DNA of 51,994 nucleotides. Source: a virus. Its lineage: Duplodnaviria; Heunggongvirae; Uroviricota; Caudoviricetes. Within the stretch, counting starts at the first letter, position 1. Each line of letters begins with the position of its first letter. Location: the IMG/VR virus record IMGVR_UViG_3300045988_149344; one strand, 5' to 3'. Both the position numbers and the translations under genes were made by a program. The notes beneath the pieces are model-generated. The model ran no database searches and had not been told where the DNA came from. It worked only from the letters and a program-made list of their open reading frames with translations. Positions 48,430-51,994 of this stretch are shown here, piece by piece.

Positions 48430-48936
48430 TTGAGTATTTTCAATAAACATGCACACCAGGAACGTCCGTATATCGTCATAGTCGATATTGATGGAACAAT
48501 ATCAGAGGCAACTGAAGACAGACTGCATTTGCTTCCGCCACCAGGTAAAGGTGCATTAACAAAGGACTGGAACGAGTTTAATCTCGCCTGTGACACCGAT
48601 ACTCCCATCACTCCGGTTATTGATATGGTGCGCCAGTTATTTAACGTTTACACGGTCTGGTTTGTAACCGGGCGCTGTGAGATCGCAAGGGATAAAACAC
48701 GAGCCTGGCTGCGGAAGTACGTAACAAACGGGGCTGAGCCTTTGCTATCTATGCGTCCTGCCACCGATGACAGAAATGACGGTCCAGCAAAGATTGATCT
48801 CCTGAAGAAAATTGGTCTAAGTAAAATTGCGTTCGCGCTGGAAGATAAGATTGAAGTGGCGCGTGTTTTCAGGAGTCACGGCGTACTTACGTTAATGGTC
48901 AGGGAGTATGAAAACGCGCTTCTCCACCAACAATAA
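48430..48936 (+). CDS. HAD-superfamily phosphatase-like protein (168 aa), TTG start
   Basis: Motif I VIVDIDGTI; GAGGAGGG ribosome binding site 4-5 nt before TTG at 48430. Confidence 0.5.
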   Translation: MSIFNKHAHQERPYIVIVDIDGTISEATEDRLHLLPPPGKGALTKDWNEFNLACDTDTPITPVIDMVRQLFNVYTVWFVTGRCEIARDKTRAWLRKYVTNGAEPLLSMRPATDDRNDGPAKIDLLKKIGLSKIAFALEDKIEVARVFRSHGVLTLMVREYENALLHQQ

Positions 48937-48952
48937 TTGCTCTAATAAATAT
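48936..48952 (+). promoter_or_regulatory. C1 operator (16/17) overlapping the stop of the HAD gene
   Basis: ATTGCTCTAATAAATAT. Confidence 0.6.
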
Positions 48953-49034
48953 TGATTTTTAAAACAGAGAAAGTGAAAATAAAAACATGCCGCAAGGCGC
49001 GGCATGTATCCAATCAATCACAGGAGCTGAAAAT

Positions 49035-49121
49035 ATGAACACGGCATTCAAAATCATTATGGCCGCGATCTATTTCTGGCTGTTCTCTATCACTTTTGGC
49101 GGCATCGTCGCGCATGGGTAA
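49035..49121 (+). CDS. 28-aa hydrophobic peptide (MNTAFKIIMAAIYFWLFSITFGGIVAHG), not in ORF track
   Basis: AGGAG ribosome binding site 7 nt upstream of the ATG; single predicted TM helix; lies between a C1 operator and the next gene. Confidence 0.3.
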   Translation: MNTAFKIIMAAIYFWLFSITFGGIVAHG

Positions 49122-49130
49122 GGGGGATGC

Positions 49131-49859
49131 ATGAAAGGCGAAGTGAAAGAGCGCGGCATGATTTTCAACGATGAGATGGTCCGAGCCATCCTCGAAGGAA
49201 GGAAAACGCAGACGCGGCGGATAATGAAAAATCAGCCTGCGGAAGTTGGTCCAGAAGCACCAGTGATGGTTAGGGAAATTGGTGCAGGTTTTCAGTGGTA
49301 CGGGGCTGATGGTGTAAGCAGTGTTTTCAATTGCCCCTTTGGTATCGTCGGCGATCGAATTTGGGTTCGTGAAACATGGGCGATATTAGGCAATGAAGAT
49401 GGTTGCAGTGTGGACTGGAACGACAACCTTTGTCGTGGCGATGAGAAGAACGCAGCAAGGATTTATCGGGCCAGTTGTGAGCAAAAGCCTGGTGATTACG
49501 GTTTATGGTCGATACCCGATGATGCCGACTGGAAACCTCACACTGTGAATGAAAAGTTTGATGGTGGGTGGCGTCCATCAATTCACATGCCGCGATGGGC
49601 ATCACGCATCCTGTTGGAAATTACCAACGTGCGCGTTGAGCGGTTGAACGATATCAGCGAATGCGATGCAAGGGATGAGGGCGTTCCGCCTGCTGGAAGT
49701 TTGCTTCCTGATCACCCGGGAACATTCCTTACTCCCAAGGGGGATTTCGCAATGGCCAAGGTTGCGTTCCAGCGTCTGTGGGAATCCATCTATGGTGAAG
49801 AAAGCTGGAACGCTAATCCCTGGGTGTGGGTAATCGAGTTTAAGCGCATTCAGGAATAA
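49131..49859 (+). CDS. Conserved prophage protein, possibly ASCH-like (242 aa)
   Basis: N-terminal MIFNDEMVRAILEGRKTQTRR is a motif I associate with ASCH-type prophage proteins; weak call. Confidence 0.4.
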   Translation: MKGEVKERGMIFNDEMVRAILEGRKTQTRRIMKNQPAEVGPEAPVMVREIGAGFQWYGADGVSSVFNCPFGIVGDRIWVRETWAILGNEDGCSVDWNDNLCRGDEKNAARIYRASCEQKPGDYGLWSIPDDADWKPHTVNEKFDGGWRPSIHMPRWASRILLEITNVRVERLNDISECDARDEGVPPAGSLLPDHPGTFLTPKGDFAMAKVAFQRLWESIYGEESWNANPWVWVIEFKRIQE

Positions 49860-49942
49860 ACCGTGAGTATGCATCAAATCGTCAGTTTTTCAGGTGGACG
49901 AGCATCGGCCTGTCTCGTTCATCTGTTCGAATAGGTAGTGGC

Positions 49943-50146
49943 ATGACAATCGTAAAAACCCATACCGGCACCGTGATCACCAAAGACGGTCCGCAGGTAA
50001 AAAAACTGCACCAAACAGAGCGGATGTGGGTCGTCGGCAAAAACGAGTTTTACCACAAAGAAACTGGACGCCGCCATTTTGCAGAAAATACGCGCCGCCG
50101 ACTGCTGTTAGACACCATCAAGCCTATCGAGGTGAAGCATGTTTAA
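49943..50146 (+). CDS. Small hypothetical protein (67 aa)
   Basis: ORF overlapping the start of the next gene by 8 nt. Confidence 0.3.
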   Translation: MTIVKTHTGTVITKDGPQVKKLHQTERMWVVGKNEFYHKETGRRHFAENTRRRLLLDTIKPIEVKHV

Positions 50147-50378
50147 ACAGAACGAAAAGGCTATCGCTCAAATTGCTGATTATATCCCGCGTGCGTGCCG
50201 GGGTATGCAGTTGCAGGAAGCCAAAGCGCGCCTGGAGAAAAAAATTGCGCTCTATATTGATGACGGCTGTGATGCTGCTGTTCTTAACGCAGCGTTCGCG
50301 CCAGCTCTTAACAGTCATACGCGGGAGTCTTTTTTTTCGCGCATCGCAGCGCAGATCCGTAAAGGAGGCAACCAGTGA
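50139..50378 (+). CDS. Small hypothetical protein (79 aa)
   Basis: Ends ...QIRKGGNQ; its stop overlaps the GTG start of the next gene (GTGA). Confidence 0.35.
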   Translation: MFKQNEKAIAQIADYIPRACRGMQLQEAKARLEKKIALYIDDGCDAAVLNAAFAPALNSHTRESFFSRIAAQIRKGGNQ

Positions 50379-51100
50379 GCGAAATTAACTATAAAGAACT
50401 GCGCGAGGCGGCGAAACAGGCAACGCAAGATGAATGGGTAGCATATATTTTGCCGGGTCATAACGGCATTTATCCTGCGCGCACGTCTGAGGGTAGGCAT
50501 TGCGGATACTTTATTGACTGGCCTAGCGTCTGTCAGGGGGGGGAGAGCATCAACATGAGCATCAGAACCTACGCAGTGAATTGCAATGACGCATGGCTAA
50601 ACACCGAAGGTGATGACATCTCCGGCTCATACGTTAAGTACAAAGACCATCAGGAAGTGGTTGCCGCTCTTGAGGCCAAGTGCGCGGCGCTGGCGGCGGA
50701 GAATGAGCTGGCTCGTAAGGCAGTTCAGGCATTCTGCGATGTTGTTGGCGACAACACCGAGGTTATCGCTGAGGAGGTTGGGCGAGATGGCGTTCTGGTT
50801 ATTTTGGGGGCCATGAAGGCAACAGGAAATATTTCAGCCACCGATGCTTTTCTGGCTGAAATTCGTGCGGAAGCACGCAACGAGGGGATTAACTATACCG
50901 CCAGCCGTCTTGCTGCTGCGTTCAATCACGGATTTATCAATAAATCTTTGCGTGAAGTTTTCGACGTTACACGCATGATTTTGTCAGCGAAAGAAGAGTT
51001 GGCTAATGAACCGCATCCGATTGATGGCCTGTCCGGTGAATATGCGGAGAAATCCCTTGAAGAATGGGCGGAACAGATTCGCAAAGGAGGCAAGCAGTGA
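50375..51100 (+). CDS. Ead/Ea22-like family protein (241 aa), GTG start
   Basis: N-terminal NYKELREAAKQATQDEW resembles the (I/D)YQALREAAEKAT..W start of lambdoid Ea22-like proteins; AAGGAGG ribosome binding site. Confidence 0.5.
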   Translation: MSEINYKELREAAKQATQDEWVAYILPGHNGIYPARTSEGRHCGYFIDWPSVCQGGESINMSIRTYAVNCNDAWLNTEGDDISGSYVKYKDHQEVVAALEAKCAALAAENELARKAVQAFCDVVGDNTEVIAEEVGRDGVLVILGAMKATGNISATDAFLAEIRAEARNEGINYTASRLAAAFNHGFINKSLREVFDVTRMILSAKEELANEPHPIDGLSGEYAEKSLEEWAEQIRKGGKQ

Positions 51101-51396
51101 GTGTATATCTTATTGATAAACGTCGACGTGGGCAACAAATACCACCTGTAGGAATTCCGAATCACACATGGTTTTGCGTACTTGATATCGATGGTATGGA
51201 TGCGTTGGTTGACACTCGTCATTACTGCGATACCGCAACAGCTACTCCGGCGAAAGCAAAGAAAATGGCTGCTCTGATAGAAAACTGGACTCCACCTGAT
51301 GGTTGGTGCAATGGGAATGATCGAGATTGGCATGAAAAAATGAAGGGCTATATCTGCGATTTCTTACGTAAATGCAACGGATTCAGGGTGATGTGA
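51097..51396 (+). CDS. Small Cys-containing protein (99 aa), GTG start
   Basis: GTG at 51097 with an AAGGAGG ribosome binding site 7 nt upstream, overlapping the previous stop; the track ATG at 51064 lies inside the upstream gene. Confidence 0.4.
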   Translation: MSVYLIDKRRRGQQIPPVGIPNHTWFCVLDIDGMDALVDTRHYCDTATATPAKAKKMAALIENWTPPDGWCNGNDRDWHEKMKGYICDFLRKCNGFRVM

Positions 51397-51397
51397 C

Positions 51398-51817
51398 ATG
51401 AACAAGATTGACTATCAGGCACTGCGTGAGGCGGCAGAGAAGGCAACGTGGGGAGACTGGGACTCATATAAACCACACCGTGGCGCACGTGGTTATGAGG
51501 TCCGACTAAGTAGTCAGGCCATTGCGCAACACGTTCTGAAAAACAACGCTGAATTTATTGCTGCCTTTAATCCAAAGATTGCTTTGGCACTACTGGATGA
51601 ACGGGAAAGGAACCAGCAATACATCAAATCCCGCGACCAGGAGAACGAGGATATTGCACTAACGGTAGGGAAGTTGCGCGTTGAGCTGGAAGCAGCAAAA
51701 TCAAAACTCAACGAGCAGCGTGAGTATTACGAAGGTGTTATCTCTGATGGGAGTAAGCGCATAGCAGAGTTAGAAAGTGGTTCTCAGGCACAAAAGTTAG
51801 TTGAAGCAATCAGGTGA
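51398..51817 (+). CDS. Ead/Ea22-like family protein, C-terminally truncated by IS1 (139 aa)
   Basis: N-terminus MNKIDYQALREAAEKATWGDW; the stop codon TGA (51815-51817) lies inside the IS1 terminal inverted repeat. Confidence 0.5.
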   Translation: MNKIDYQALREAAEKATWGDWDSYKPHRGARGYEVRLSSQAIAQHVLKNNAEFIAAFNPKIALALLDERERNQQYIKSRDQENEDIALTVGKLRVELEAAKSKLNEQREYYEGVISDGSKRIAELESGSQAQKLVEAIR

Positions 51818-51994
51818 TGCTGCCAACTTACTGATTTAGTGTATGATGGTGTTTTTGAGGTGCTCCAGTGGCTTCTGTTTCTATCAGCTGTCCCTCCTGT
51901 TCAGCTACTGACGGGGTGGTGCGTAACGGCAAAAGCACCGCCGGACATCAGCGCTATCTCTGCTCTCACTGCCGTAAAACATGGCAACTGCAGT
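51813..51994 (+). mobile_element. IS1 insertion sequence, left end (element continues beyond window)
   Basis: Exact IS1 terminal sequence GGTGATGCTGCCAACTTACTGATTTAGTGTATGATGGTGTTTTTGAGGTGCTCCAGTGGCTTCTG... Confidence 0.9.
51868..51994 (+). CDS. insA: IS1 InsA, N-terminal part (partial at window edge)
   Basis: GTG start; translation [42 protein letters not shown]. Confidence 0.85.
   Translation, partial: MASVSISCPSCSATDGVVRNGKSTAGHQRYLCSHCRKTWQLQ

Overview
This window reads as a segment of a P1-family temperate phage-plasmid (phage P1 or a close relative). Evidence seen directly: a P1-type plasmid module (repA flanked by 5 incC and 9 incA 19-bp iterons, DnaA boxes, a GATC cluster, parA, parB and a parS site), an immI-like region (icd, ant) followed by kilA and repL, and at least nine copies of the asymmetric 17-bp C1 repressor operator ATTGCTCTAATAAATTT in front of early operons. 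The left 9.7 kb is a minus-strand baseplate and tail-fibre operon headed by the giant Sit transglycosylase protein. Positions 16.3-22.4 kb carry major capsid, sheath and tube-like genes. The centre holds a small rdgC-homologue and dmt methyltransferase operon, a tRNA cluster (Asn, Thr, Ile2), an SPFH lipoprotein and the DnaB-like helicase ban. A second baseplate module lies at 38.3-43.1 kb, followed by a C1-controlled early region of accessory genes that ends in an IS1 copy at the window edge. The most interesting unexplained items are an AT-rich three-gene envelope module next to immI, a tandem array of degenerate hairpin repeats around the tRNA genes, and a cluster of putative sugar-transfer and phosphatase genes. 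Gene starts were adjusted where the ORF track used an upstream alternative start; no database search was possible, so all homology calls rest on recognised motifs.
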